Source: Verrucomicrobiota bacterium (lineage in GTDB: Bacteria; Verrucomicrobiota; Verrucomicrobiia; Chthoniobacterales; JAFAMB01). Taken from it: 64,000 nucleotides of DNA. A model generated the notes under the pieces. The model ran no database searches and was not told the origin of the DNA. It saw only the letters and a program-made list of their open reading frames with translations. Shown here piece by piece: positions 28,194-38,893 of the stretch. A program made the position numbers and the translations under genes. Each line of letters starts with the position of its first letter. Position 1 is the first letter of the stretch. Location of the stretch: positions 2,380-66,379 of the forward strand of contig JBEEIB010000008.1 in the NCBI GenBank assembly GCA_041167675.1, read 5' to 3'.

Positions 28194-28955
28194 TCAATAT
28201 TTCACCCGAACCAAATAGAGTCCTCCCGCTGGCGCCAAGTGGTGGCTTTTTCTTCCTTTCGGCTCCTCAATTAGATCGTTTAACCACGCCAAGTCATGTC
28301 GTCCAAGCGCGACTTGCACGATGGAGCCGGTCAATAGGCGGACCATTCGATAGAGAAACCCGTCACCCGAATAATCCAGCGTTATCACTGAGCTGTTCCG
28401 CCGAACGCCGATGCTCGAAATGATACGGACAGTAGTTTCGGACGGTCTTCCGCGATTCGCCGCAAATGCAGCGAAATCGTGCGTACCAACAAAAGCCGCT
28501 GCTGCCTGCCGCATGATATCGATCGGGAGTCCCCGCGGAATATGCCAGGATCGATTGACCTCGAGCGGGTGCAGAAACGGGGCGTTCCAGATCCGGTAGC
28601 GATAAACTTTGCCGCGCGCCGAAAACCGAGCATGAAAATCCGGCGTGGCCAATTGACAGCGCAGCACCCGCATCTCACGGGGCAAATGGGCATTGAGCGC
28701 GGCGAGCCACACATCTCGCGAGAATTTTCCTTTTGGAACATCAACGTGAGCTATCTGAGCCATGGCATGAACTCCGGCATCCGTGCGACCGGCACCGTGA
28801 ATCTTCGGAGCGGCTCCCAGAATCTGGCGAAAAGCTGCGACCAGATGGTCCTGCACCGCATTGCCATTCGGCTGGCTTTGCCAACCCGAAAAAGCTCCGC
28901 CGTCGTAGGCGATGGTGAGTCGTAGTCGTTCAATGAGCGGAAATCGCTTTTCCAC
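28194..28955 (-). CDS. truA: tRNA pseudouridine(38-40) synthase
   Basis: 253 aa with catalytic motif GAGRTDAGVHA and a TruA-like overall layout. Confidence 0.93.
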   Translation of the reverse strand: MEKRFPLIERLRLTIAYDGGAFSGWQSQPNGNAVQDHLVAAFRQILGAAPKIHGAGRTDAGVHAMAQIAHVDVPKGKFSRDVWLAALNAHLPREMRVLRCQLATPDFHARFSARGKVYRYRIWNAPFLHPLEVNRSWHIPRGLPIDIMRQAAAAFVGTHDFAAFAANRGRPSETTVRIISSIGVRRNSSVITLDYSGDGFLYRMVRLLTGSIVQVALGRHDLAWLNDLIEEPKGRKSHHLAPAGGLYLVRVKY

Positions 28956-29275
28956 AATGCTATAAAGAATGTCTTCTCGCTGAGGTTCTGGCTAAGGAAT
29001 TTGATGGCAGAGCGCACACTCTGACTCCGCAATGTCCACGTCGCGGCCACATTCGGTAGTTCACGGGTCCGCAAAACGAATTGGCGCGCGCCATAGTCTG
29101 CGAAGGCGGCGTCCGACATATCGGTTGGATTGCTTGCGCTCTAGTTCGAGCACAACGACGTCGGATCCTCGCTCGGCGGATCGCGAGGCCGCGATCCCTC
29201 CCCTCCATTGCTTGTCGTCGAGGATCGCTTTATTTTTCTAGCCTCGCCCTTGTTGGCCGATCCAGATTCAACGGT

Positions 29276-30313
29276 ATGGTGCTAGATTTTGTCTTACGAC
29301 CGGTTGGCGAACATGATCTTCCCGATCTCAGGCATTTGGCTGGTGTAATCCAAGACGGGTTGACCACTCTGCCACCTGAGGACTCCGCCCTGGAGGATCG
29401 CATTAACCAATCGCTTCGCGCCTTCGATCGCAGGATCAAAAAGGCTGGAAGTGACCATTACCTTTTCGTTCTGGAGGAGGTCGGTTCCGGCGCGGTAGTC
29501 GGTACTTCCGCAATTATCGCCCGGGTCGGAGGATTCGATCCATTTTATACTTATGAGGTCCGCCGAGAACGGCTGGTCCATCAGTCGCTCGGAATCGATC
29601 ACGAAATGGATGTACTTCATCTGAAACTCGATCACAAAGGTCCGTCGGAGGTTTGTACATTGTCGCTCCGACCAGAGTTCCGGCGCGCGGGTCGCGGTGT
29701 TCTCCTGTCGTTGAGCCGCTTTCTTTTTATGGCTTGTTTCCCGCAACGATTTGACGAGCGCGTGATCGCAGAATTGCGCGGCTTCACGAACGAAGCCGGA
29801 GCCTCCCCATTTTGGGAGGCGATCGGACGCCACTTCTTTGCCCAATCGTTTGCGCAGGCAGATTTTCAAAGCGGCATCGGTCAGAAAGACTTCATCCGCG
29901 ACTTGATGCCCAAATACCCAATCTACACCGCTACTCTACCGGAGGAGGCGCAAGCGGTGATTGGGCGAGTACACCGCGACGCCGAACCGGCGCTTAAGAT
30001 CCTGCTGTCCCAAGGATTTGAACGAACCAACGAGGTGGATATCTTCGACGCCGGGCCGCTGGTCGCAGCTTCGCGATCATCGATAAAAGCGGTTCAGGAA
30101 TCTCAATTCGGCGAAATTGCTACCGTAAGGGAGCCACATGACCGTTCGTTCTATTTGGTCGGCCATGCTGCACTCAACTTCCGAGCCTGCCTAGCGCCCC
30201 TGGAGATTAACGTAGACAAAACTGTGATCATATCCGAACGGACCGCTGAGATTCTTCAGGTCGCCGTTGGCGATCGGTTGATCTTTCTGGCTCTGCCAAC
30301 CCGCAACCTATAA
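29276..30313 (+). CDS. astA: arginine N-succinyltransferase
   Basis: Start set at ATG 29276 (MVLDFVLRPVGEHDLPDL), since the upstream part of the track ORF is Arg-rich. AstA-like length (345 aa). 1-nt overlap (TAATG) with astB. Confidence 0.82.
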   Translation: MVLDFVLRPVGEHDLPDLRHLAGVIQDGLTTLPPEDSALEDRINQSLRAFDRRIKKAGSDHYLFVLEEVGSGAVVGTSAIIARVGGFDPFYTYEVRRERLVHQSLGIDHEMDVLHLKLDHKGPSEVCTLSLRPEFRRAGRGVLLSLSRFLFMACFPQRFDERVIAELRGFTNEAGASPFWEAIGRHFFAQSFAQADFQSGIGQKDFIRDLMPKYPIYTATLPEEAQAVIGRVHRDAEPALKILLSQGFERTNEVDIFDAGPLVAASRSSIKAVQESQFGEIATVREPHDRSFYLVGHAALNFRACLAPLEINVDKTVIISERTAEILQVAVGDRLIFLALPTRNL

Positions 30314-31671
30314 TGAGCACCGCTCCGCCAGCCGAGTTCCGAGAATACAATTTCGATGGGCTAGTAGGTCCGACTCATCATTACGGCGGTCTTTCACATG
30401 GGAATCCAGCCTCGATGCAAAATCGATCCTTGGTTGCCCATCCACGTTTGGCTGTCCGTCAAGGATTGGCCAAGATGCGCTGTTTGTTTGAGCTAGGTGT
30501 TGGTCAAGCTCTAATCCCGCCCTTGCATCGCCCGCAGCTCGAAGTGCTTCGCCGAGTCGGATTCACCGGCGGCGATCAGCAGGTAATCGAGAGGGCTTGG
30601 CGAGATGCGCCGGATTTGCTTTCGGCCAGTTTCTCGGCATCTGGAATGTGGACGGCAAATGCAGCTACCGTCGCTCCAAGTTGTGATACCGCTGACGGCC
30701 GGGTGCACTTCACGCCGGCTAATTTGATGGCGAACCTGCATCGCGCTTTTGAGGCAGAAGAAACCGCCCACCTTTTGCAGTCTCTTTTTCCGGATCCCGA
30801 ACTCTTTGTCCATCACGCTCCGCTTCCGCGAACGCTGGCCTTCGGTGATGAGGGTGCCGCCAACCATAATCGGCTGGTTGGTCGAACCGGGCAGCGCGGT
30901 ATCCACCTTTTTGTTTACGGTCGCGAATATTTTCGACCTACTAAACTGACCCATTTTCCCCAAAGACAGACGCTCGAAGCGGCTCAAGCAATCGCTCGTT
31001 TGCATCGGCTCGACTCAGACCAACTCTTCTTTGCCCAACAGGATCCCGAATCGATCGAGGCGGGCGCTTTTCACAATGATGTTATCGCGACAGCACATAA
31101 CGAACTTCTGCTGTACCACCAGAAAGCATTCGTCGCACCGGAACAGTTAATTGAGCGGCTTTCCTCCACCTTTGCCACGACTCAGACCAAAGAATTGTGC
31201 GCTATCAAAATCGACCAGTTCTCACTGAACGAAGCGGTATCATCTTATTTTTTCAATTCACAAATTGTCACGGCAGCGGACGGGACAATGGTTTTGATCG
31301 CCCCGGAGGAGTGCCGGCAGATAGCGGTTGTGCACGAAACGATCCAACAACTGCGATTCGATCCGCATTGCCCGATTTCGCGCGTGTTGTTTCTAGATCT
31401 GCGTGAAAGTATGAAAAATGGCGGCGGACCCGCTTGCCTGCGCAATCGTGTTGTTCTGAGCGCAAAGGAGAGTGCTGCTGTTCCCCGGCGAGTTTTTCTG
31501 GATAAGCAATCATTTGCCGACCTGGAGAACTGGGCGGACCGGCACTACCGCGAGTCAGTGGTATTGAACGACTTCCTGGATCCGCTGTTTCGCCATGAAA
31601 TAGAGGCCGCGCTCGACGAATTGACCCAAATCTTAGGTCTCGGCTCAATCTACGCGTTCCAAAAGGCCTAG
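30313..31671 (+). CDS. astB: N-succinylarginine dihydrolase
   Basis: N-terminus EYNFDGLVGPTHHYGGLSHGNPAS and C-terminal GGGPACLR match AstB hallmarks. Confidence 0.92.
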   Translation: MSTAPPAEFREYNFDGLVGPTHHYGGLSHGNPASMQNRSLVAHPRLAVRQGLAKMRCLFELGVGQALIPPLHRPQLEVLRRVGFTGGDQQVIERAWRDAPDLLSASFSASGMWTANAATVAPSCDTADGRVHFTPANLMANLHRAFEAEETAHLLQSLFPDPELFVHHAPLPRTLAFGDEGAANHNRLVGRTGQRGIHLFVYGREYFRPTKLTHFPQRQTLEAAQAIARLHRLDSDQLFFAQQDPESIEAGAFHNDVIATAHNELLLYHQKAFVAPEQLIERLSSTFATTQTKELCAIKIDQFSLNEAVSSYFFNSQIVTAADGTMVLIAPEECRQIAVVHETIQQLRFDPHCPISRVLFLDLRESMKNGGGPACLRNRVVLSAKESAAVPRRVFLDKQSFADLENWADRHYRESVVLNDFLDPLFRHEIEAALDELTQILGLGSIYAFQKA

Positions 31672-31678
31672 GTCCTAT

Positions 31679-32848
31679 ATGAACCCACACGCTTGGATAC
31701 AAGGCGAACATGATCGGTTGCTGGAACGCGTCATCGATTGGGCCAACGTAAACTCCGGCAGCGGCAATGAGGCCGGCCTCAACCGCTTAGCCGAACAAAT
31801 ACAACGTGAGTTTCAGGACCTTGATCCGGATGATTCGACACTGCGGTTCCTCTCTGAGGACGCCATCCCTCGAGGTCCTTTGATTCGATTAACAAAGCGA
31901 CCAAATGCGAAAAAGAGAGTTCTATTTTTTGGTCATCTTGATACGGTTTACAGCCTCGAACATCCCCTCCAAAGGACGCAGTTGCTGCCCGATGGGCGCC
32001 TCAATGGGCCCGGAGTGTGTGACATGAAAGGTGGCTTAGCAATCTTGCTCTGCGGTTTGACTGCATTTGAAAACTCGGCTCACGAAAAACGATTCGGGTG
32101 GACCATCTTGATCAACTCCGATGAAGAGCTCGGATCTCCGCTTTCCACCCCATTTTTTGAAGACGCCGCGCGCGGCCATGAGGTAGCGTTTGGATTTGAA
32201 CCAGCGCTACGTGACGGCTCGATTGCCTCCAGCCGAAGAGGGACCGGAAATTTTACATTGCGGTTTCATGGCAAGGCGGCGCACAGCGGCAGAAATCCGT
32301 ATGACGGAATTAATGCTTTGATTCCGTTGGCACACTTCATCTTGGAGTGCCAAAAGCTGAATGGGCGTCGCGATTCAATATTTATTAATCCAGCCATCGT
32401 CACTGGAGGCACCGCGCCTAATGTCGTACCCGACTTCGCATCCTGTCAGGTAAACGTAAGAACCACCTCCTCGAACGATGAAACATGGATTCTGGAGGAG
32501 CTTCATCGATTCGTTGCGGAGATTCCGAAGGACGGCGGATACCATGGCGAAATTTCCGGCGGCTTTACCGCAGCACCGAAAATGTTGAATCCACAGATTG
32601 AAAACTTGATCGAGTTAGTTCGGAAAGCTGGACAGAAGATTGGCATTGATATCCACGCCAGACCAACTGGTGGAACTTGCGATGGCAATCGACTGGCCAG
32701 TTTCGGTCTACCCAATCTCGACAATCTGGGAGCAAGAGGTGATCATATCCACAGTCAAGCCGAATTCATTTATCCGGAAAGCCTGGTGGAACGTGCTCGA
32801 GTGCTCTACGAACTTTTATTGGGGCTGAACGAAAGGCTAACCCAATGA
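31679..32848 (+). CDS. M20-family metallohydrolase (carboxypeptidase G2 / ArgE-like)
   Basis: FFGHLDTVY, GPGVCDMKGG and SDEELGSP metal-ligand motifs. 389 aa. Confidence 0.85.
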   Translation: MNPHAWIQGEHDRLLERVIDWANVNSGSGNEAGLNRLAEQIQREFQDLDPDDSTLRFLSEDAIPRGPLIRLTKRPNAKKRVLFFGHLDTVYSLEHPLQRTQLLPDGRLNGPGVCDMKGGLAILLCGLTAFENSAHEKRFGWTILINSDEELGSPLSTPFFEDAARGHEVAFGFEPALRDGSIASSRRGTGNFTLRFHGKAAHSGRNPYDGINALIPLAHFILECQKLNGRRDSIFINPAIVTGGTAPNVVPDFASCQVNVRTTSSNDETWILEELHRFVAEIPKDGGYHGEISGGFTAAPKMLNPQIENLIELVRKAGQKIGIDIHARPTGGTCDGNRLASFGLPNLDNLGARGDHIHSQAEFIYPESLVERARVLYELLLGLNERLTQ

Positions 32849-33285
32849 TCCTTCTATTTGTCTTAGTTGGAAGCGCACTTCTTTTTCGGGCTCTCGGTTT
32901 TTTTGGGGTTCCATTTTTCGCGACCTGGCGCGACTCGACTCTCTGCGCGCTAACGGTAATGTTTTGTTTTACCGGCATCGCCCATTTCGGAAGTACCCGG
33001 GCCGAAATCGAAAAGATGGTGCCGCCCTGGGTTCCGAGTCCGCGACGTATTGTGATGTGGACTGGGATTTTAGAAATTCTCGGGGCAGTAGGAATCCTTA
33101 TTCCAGAAACTCGTTTTGTTGCTGGTATTTGTCTGATTGCCTTCTTGGTAACGGTATTTCCGGCCAATATTCATGCGGCCAGAACCGGTGCAACGCTGGC
33201 CGGCAAACCTCCTACCTCGCTCTGGGTTCGAACGCCACTGCAGGCGTTTCTTATCATACTTGTTGCATGGACTTGCTTTGGCTGA
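32845..33285 (+). CDS. DoxX-like integral membrane protein
   Basis: 146 aa, four hydrophobic helices, FPANIHAA motif. ATGA overlap with the M20 gene. Confidence 0.65.
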   Translation: MILLFVLVGSALLFRALGFFGVPFFATWRDSTLCALTVMFCFTGIAHFGSTRAEIEKMVPPWVPSPRRIVMWTGILEILGAVGILIPETRFVAGICLIAFLVTVFPANIHAARTGATLAGKPPTSLWVRTPLQAFLIILVAWTCFG

Positions 33286-33297
33286 AGAGCAGCTGAA

Positions 33298-33789
33298 CTA
33301 CGCCTCGTCGGCCTCCAGGCGCTTGCCGTAGCAGACGACCTGGTCCAGACGGAATCCAAGGCCGATGTAAAACCGCGACAGCTCCTGTTCGTTGCCGACC
33401 CGAACCAGCAAATTGATTTTGGAGCACCCGACGGTTCGCAGTATCACTTCTGCTCTTTCCATCAATTGGGTGCCGATACCTCGGCAGCGAAATGGGGCGG
33501 AGACCCCGAGATAGTTGATCCATCCGCGGTGTCCTTCGTACCCAACCATGATCGAGCCGACGATCTCTTTGCCCAGAATTGCGACCAGAAACCATTCCGG
33601 ATTAACGCGAAGCTTACGGGCAATATCTTTCTCCGGATCATTCCAAGGACGAATCAAATTACACGAGTGCCAGAGTCCGGTCACTTGATTCAAATCGTTC
33701 GGCTGGAACGGCCGGATCTCAAGTGCGTCAAATTTATCTGCATCCAATCCCGTCATCACTATAGATTCTGTAAGGCAGTCCAAAATCAA
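33298..33789 (-). CDS. GNAT-family N-acetyltransferase
   Basis: Acetyl-CoA motif RCRGIGTQLMERAE. The real start may be the internal M (MTGLDADKF). Confidence 0.8.
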   Translation of the reverse strand: MILDCLTESIVMTGLDADKFDALEIRPFQPNDLNQVTGLWHSCNLIRPWNDPEKDIARKLRVNPEWFLVAILGKEIVGSIMVGYEGHRGWINYLGVSAPFRCRGIGTQLMERAEVILRTVGCSKINLLVRVGNEQELSRFYIGLGFRLDQVVCYGKRLEADEA

Positions 33790-33903
33790 GGTGTAGAGCC
33801 TGAGCCTCGGTAGGGATCGGCTCCTCCCGGTCCACCAAAAGGATCGCCAGGTCCCTCCTCGCCGTGGGCACTCGCTTCCCCTTGCGAAGTCCGGAGTGCG
33901 TCC

Positions 33904-34413
33904 CTAACGTTCACTCGGCGGCGGTTGGAAAAGATCTGGATTGGTTACCGCCGGATAGTCGATATTCACATTTCCCACCCGTTTCTGTTTCGTTGCCTTG
34001 GATAGATCGCTGAAGCTTAAGACGGTTAATTGGTTACTGCTCTGCCACCTCACCCGAACAGCCAGCGCATCCGGACAGACCACCGTATTCCCCGTATCGT
34101 CGGGCACAGATTGATCGATCGGCAAAATGGAAACATTCGTCGTGAACAAAACTTCGTCCGGACACTTACGGAGATAGACCACCGCCTTGAGTTGACCATT
34201 TGGCGAACGTTCTTGTGATCGAATGGCAGTCCGACACGGCTCCGGTTTTCTCGAACAACCGGCAATTGTTATGAGAACACAAAGCGCAATAACCGGTAGG
34301 GACGAACGCCGGCTCGTCCGGTCACCCCAGCGCGATACCGTATCACGGCGACTAGCGATCCCTCGGAGACGAAACCGCTGTTGGTGGTCGAGCACTAGGG
34401 AAAGCACGCGCAA
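33904..34413 (-). CDS. hypothetical lipoprotein
   Basis: Lipobox-like LITIAGC after a hydrophobic stretch. The N-terminal roughly 35 codons of the track ORF are probably not translated. Confidence 0.45.
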   Translation of the reverse strand: MRVLSLVLDHQQRFRLRGIASRRDTVSRWGDRTSRRSSLPVIALCVLITIAGCSRKPEPCRTAIRSQERSPNGQLKAVVYLRKCPDEVLFTTNVSILPIDQSVPDDTGNTVVCPDALAVRVRWQSSNQLTVLSFSDLSKATKQKRVGNVNIDYPAVTNPDLFQPPPSER

Positions 34414-34431
34414 GGCCCATATCGCAGCCGG

Positions 34432-34938
34432 CTAGGCCTGTGCGCGCTTACGATTGATATAGACAGACAAAATGCCCTTCATCCGCGTCAGGACATAATA
34501 CACGGTGTGACTTCGCGCTCTGACTAGATCGGCTCCAATGATCTTAGGCACAAAGTCGCTCGGGAGACCCACTACTTCATCAATCGTGGCACCCTGGAGG
34601 CCCCGGCATAAAATCGATGTCATTGCCCGCGTCAGGGTCTGTACTTGCGGGCCAAGTGAAACGCGGAACTTCACATGTTTATTGGCATCCACACTGAGAA
34701 AGACGCCGACGGTGTCCGTACATTCTTCGTCCTTTCTGACATCTTCCAAGTCAAATTTATCCCCCTCGTGCGGAGCCCATTTCGTCGATTGTTCGGCGTA
34801 AGAGATGAGTGTCTCGCGCTTCTCTTCATCCGGTAGGGATACAAAGAGATCAACGATGGATTGCAGACCGGAAGGATAGTTTGAGCTAGTCTCCACAATA
34901 CCTATAGATCCCAACTCATCGAGGTCACTGCAATTCAT
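34432..34938 (-). CDS. SufE-like sulfur acceptor protein
   Basis: 168 aa. Layout ...LPDEEKRETLISYAEQ..., a Cys in EECTDTVGVF, and ...LQGATIDEVVGL..., resembling SufE/CsdE. Confidence 0.55.
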   Translation of the reverse strand: MNCSDLDELGSIGIVETSSNYPSGLQSIVDLFVSLPDEEKRETLISYAEQSTKWAPHEGDKFDLEDVRKDEECTDTVGVFLSVDANKHVKFRVSLGPQVQTLTRAMTSILCRGLQGATIDEVVGLPSDFVPKIIGADLVRARSHTVYYVLTRMKGILSVYINRKRAQA

Positions 34939-35166
34939 AATTAAGCAGTCTGCCAGCCTCGAGGGTTAAGCTGACCGGGTAGCTTGCGGATCCAATTTGC
35001 TATGGCCCTCCCGATCCGCCGCGGCGGACTGAGACTCCGCTTCGCGGAGAAGGAATAATCTCGTCTCCTGTCGCGAAGCGAATTCCAGCGGCTCGTCGAC
35101 ACGGTCCGTCCGTCGCCCACTTGAATCACTATTTACCCCGCGCTCGATTCCAGACCCGACGGGCTG

Positions 35167-36024
<858 letters not shown>

Positions 36025-36270
36025 AACGAGCGAAAGCTACACCTGGGAAGGCAGCGGTCAACACATCTCATAATTCTCCTTAGGATTTAGGGAAATATGA
36101 ACTTAATCGGGCGCTGGCCGCGCGACAGGTGCATCCATTTATATTCTAAAGCATTCCATCTTGTCTGATTTATGATTTATTGTTATTCTGCCTTATTGCT
36201 TAATATCATGTTAGGAAATTCTCAATCGACCAGCCTTGTTTATTGATTATTTCAGCCGGAGTTTACCACT

Positions 36271-37665
36271 ATGATCGAAGTGCATCCGCACCAGCCTACG
36301 GCCTTCGACTGGCCGCTCGCATTTTCCGCGGAGGAGCTATTGCGCAAATGGATCAATTCCTTTTTGCAACATCATTCTTGGGCTAGACAGCTCTCAGACC
36401 GACTCCAGCAAGAAACGGGTACTGACTTATTTGAATGGGTCGATTACCTGACCATCAGTGAGAGGGAGCTTTTCGAACTACGGGAAGTCGGATTTTTTCC
36501 GGAAAAGGTGAAGGCCCCGGCTGGAGTTGAAGTCTGGTTTCATCCACAAGCGATGCTACCGCGCGTGGCGGTGATGCCGGCGGGCAGCCAAAATGGTGCG
36601 CCTGCGCGCCTAGCAGTTCGCACAGAATCTTTAGTCGACTTTATTGCGGCTCACGATTTGCCTACCGAAATACGCGATCGGTTTGGGAGCCGATTGCGCC
36701 GCGCGACTGTCGCAGTCGAAAACGGTTTTGAGCTTCTCGCGGTCGAGCGGCTTGGGTGGCGACACTTTGTTTCGAGCGAACCAGTTCCTGGATTTGTTAC
36801 TTCGATTATCGCTGCGCAAGAACTTTGGCGAACTCGAAATCGGAATCTTGTGCGTGATTGCGACGCGATCAAACTCGCTTTTGAGCTGCAAGCCAAAGCG
36901 ATCGAACTGGTTGGCCCGGATGTTGCCAGCGAGCTTTTCTTTGCGGAAGAACGCCGCTATTGGGAAAAGCGCAATCGGGCCGGGCAGATCCAAAAGAGAC
37001 GCCAGGATCTCCTCGGTCTTGGCTGGGGAAACCATGATCACCACACGTTCCGTTGCTCCCGGCAATTCTTCGCCGATCTGATCCGATTCCTTCTCAATTT
37101 CGGCTTCACCAAACGTGAACGGTATTATGCTGGCGCGGAGGCAGGTTGGGGTGCGCAGATCCTGGAGCATTACCCGACCGGGATAACGGTTTTTGCCGAC
37201 GTCGATCTGATGCCGGAAGAAACAGAGATCGATTTTTCTCAGCAGGCGCTGCCGGAAGCGCCGCGTCTCGGCACGGTCGGACTCTGGTGCGGTCTACACG
37301 GCGATAGTTTTCTTCAAGCTGGCATGCATCACTTGGAAGCCCGATTCGAATTCGGAGCCCTGCGCGAACAACTGGCCGGTGAAGGCGTCTCCACCATGAA
37401 ACCGTTTTCCGATTTCGAGTTTCTCAAGCAAGCGTTTACTGAAGGCGAACGCTGGCCGGTAGACTCAAACCGTGTTCAACGCCTTCTCGATCGTGGGCTA
37501 ATCACGGTTGAACAGGCAGAGACGTTTCGCCGCACCGGCGCGGTTGGAAGCCATCTTGAGAATCTCCAACGCAAGGGAGGCTTTAAGGGCTTCAATCAGA
37601 AATCGGTTAGCGTGATAATCGAAGCGACCGATCCGAGAGCATTGGCCTCGGCCAGTCATTCATAA
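36271..37665 (+). CDS. uncharacterised VOC-fold-like metalloenzyme, possibly a distant DUF1338/HglS relative
   Basis: 464 aa. His/Glu motifs HDHHTFRC, GMHHLEARFEF and SHLENLQRKGGFKGF recall (from memory) the HLTPR and EIEQRG motifs of DUF1338 and the HPPD C-terminus. The coding call is solid; the function call is weak. Confidence 0.55.
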   Translation: MIEVHPHQPTAFDWPLAFSAEELLRKWINSFLQHHSWARQLSDRLQQETGTDLFEWVDYLTISERELFELREVGFFPEKVKAPAGVEVWFHPQAMLPRVAVMPAGSQNGAPARLAVRTESLVDFIAAHDLPTEIRDRFGSRLRRATVAVENGFELLAVERLGWRHFVSSEPVPGFVTSIIAAQELWRTRNRNLVRDCDAIKLAFELQAKAIELVGPDVASELFFAEERRYWEKRNRAGQIQKRRQDLLGLGWGNHDHHTFRCSRQFFADLIRFLLNFGFTKRERYYAGAEAGWGAQILEHYPTGITVFADVDLMPEETEIDFSQQALPEAPRLGTVGLWCGLHGDSFLQAGMHHLEARFEFGALREQLAGEGVSTMKPFSDFEFLKQAFTEGERWPVDSNRVQRLLDRGLITVEQAETFRRTGAVGSHLENLQRKGGFKGFNQKSVSVIIEATDPRALASASHS

Positions 37666-37676
37666 GGAGGATACGA

Positions 37677-38783
37677 ATGGATGTCGGAATTGTTGGCGCA
37701 GGGAAAATCGGCGAATCAATTGCGACCTTATTGGAAACTTGCGGTTTCTGCGAGCGGGTCAGACTCGGAGATAGCCGGCCGCTCGAAGATATTAGTGATT
37801 TGGAAAAGGCCGAGTTTAAGCAGCTCGACGTAGCGCGCCCAGCGGAGCTCGAATCGTTCATCACGGATTGTGACGCGGTGGTGAGTGCTGCACCCTACTA
37901 CCTGAACAAGACGATCGCGGAAGTCTGTGCCAAGCATGAAACCTCCTATTTCGATCTGACTGAAGACGTCGAAACCACCAACTATGTTCGTATTCTGAGC
38001 GAGAACAGCCGGGCCACTTTCATGCCGCAGTGTGGTTTAGCCCCAGGCGCGATCAACATCATCGCCAGTGGAATAGCTAACTCGTTTAAGACGATTCGCT
38101 CCGTCGAAATGCGAGTCGGCGCGTTACCGCTTTCGGCCACCAATCAGATGAAATACTACCTGAGCTGGAGCACGGCGGGATTGATCAACGAGTATTGTCA
38201 CTTCGGGGAGGCTCTGACCCAAGGACGACGAATCCTCACGACTCCACTGGATGGGGTAGAACGTCTCACCATCGATGGGATCGAGTACGAAGCTTTTAAT
38301 ACATCCGGGGGCGCCGCAACGATGTGCGAGACTTTCGAAGGCAGCGTTACCGAATTGAATTACAAAACGCTCCGTTATCCGGGTCATCGTGACCACATGA
38401 AATTTCTTCTGTTCGATCTCAACCTGAGTCAAAAGCAGGAAGTTCTGACCCAGATATTCGACCAGGAAGTTCCGCTCACGTTTAATGATGTCGTGGTGGT
38501 ATACGTCAATTCGGTGGGATCGGACGGACGGAATTTGTTGCAACGCAGTTTTGTGAGAAAGATCTATTCCGGCACGATCAGCGGACATCCACTCTCTGCG
38601 ATCCAATTGTCCACGGCGGCCGGTGTGGTTGGCGCGCTCGAGTTATTTGCGAAGAAGCAATTGCCAGCCGGTTTTGTTCGACAGGAATCAATTAGTCTGA
38701 CCCAGTTTTTCGAAACCGAATGGGGCGGTCGAGTGTACGGACAGGCGGAAACTGTGGTTCCAAAGTTCACGGTAAAGACATAG
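37677..38783 (+). CDS. saccharopine dehydrogenase-family protein, L-lysine 6-dehydrogenase-like
   Basis: Rossmann motif VGIVGAGKIG, CGLAPGAINII, and EAFNTSGGAATMCETF...LNYKTLRYPGHRDHMKFL, closely resembling known LysDH enzymes. Confidence 0.78.
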   Translation: MDVGIVGAGKIGESIATLLETCGFCERVRLGDSRPLEDISDLEKAEFKQLDVARPAELESFITDCDAVVSAAPYYLNKTIAEVCAKHETSYFDLTEDVETTNYVRILSENSRATFMPQCGLAPGAINIIASGIANSFKTIRSVEMRVGALPLSATNQMKYYLSWSTAGLINEYCHFGEALTQGRRILTTPLDGVERLTIDGIEYEAFNTSGGAATMCETFEGSVTELNYKTLRYPGHRDHMKFLLFDLNLSQKQEVLTQIFDQEVPLTFNDVVVVYVNSVGSDGRNLLQRSFVRKIYSGTISGHPLSAIQLSTAAGVVGALELFAKKQLPAGFVRQESISLTQFFETEWGGRVYGQAETVVPKFTVKT

Positions 38784-38893
38784 CGGGCTTGAGTTGATCA
38801 GACGCCTGCATGGATTTCAGGAGTGCCGAAATGCAGAAGCCAGAAAGAAGCTCTGAGCGAAACGCAACCGCCAAACGTCAACCGCTAACCGAT

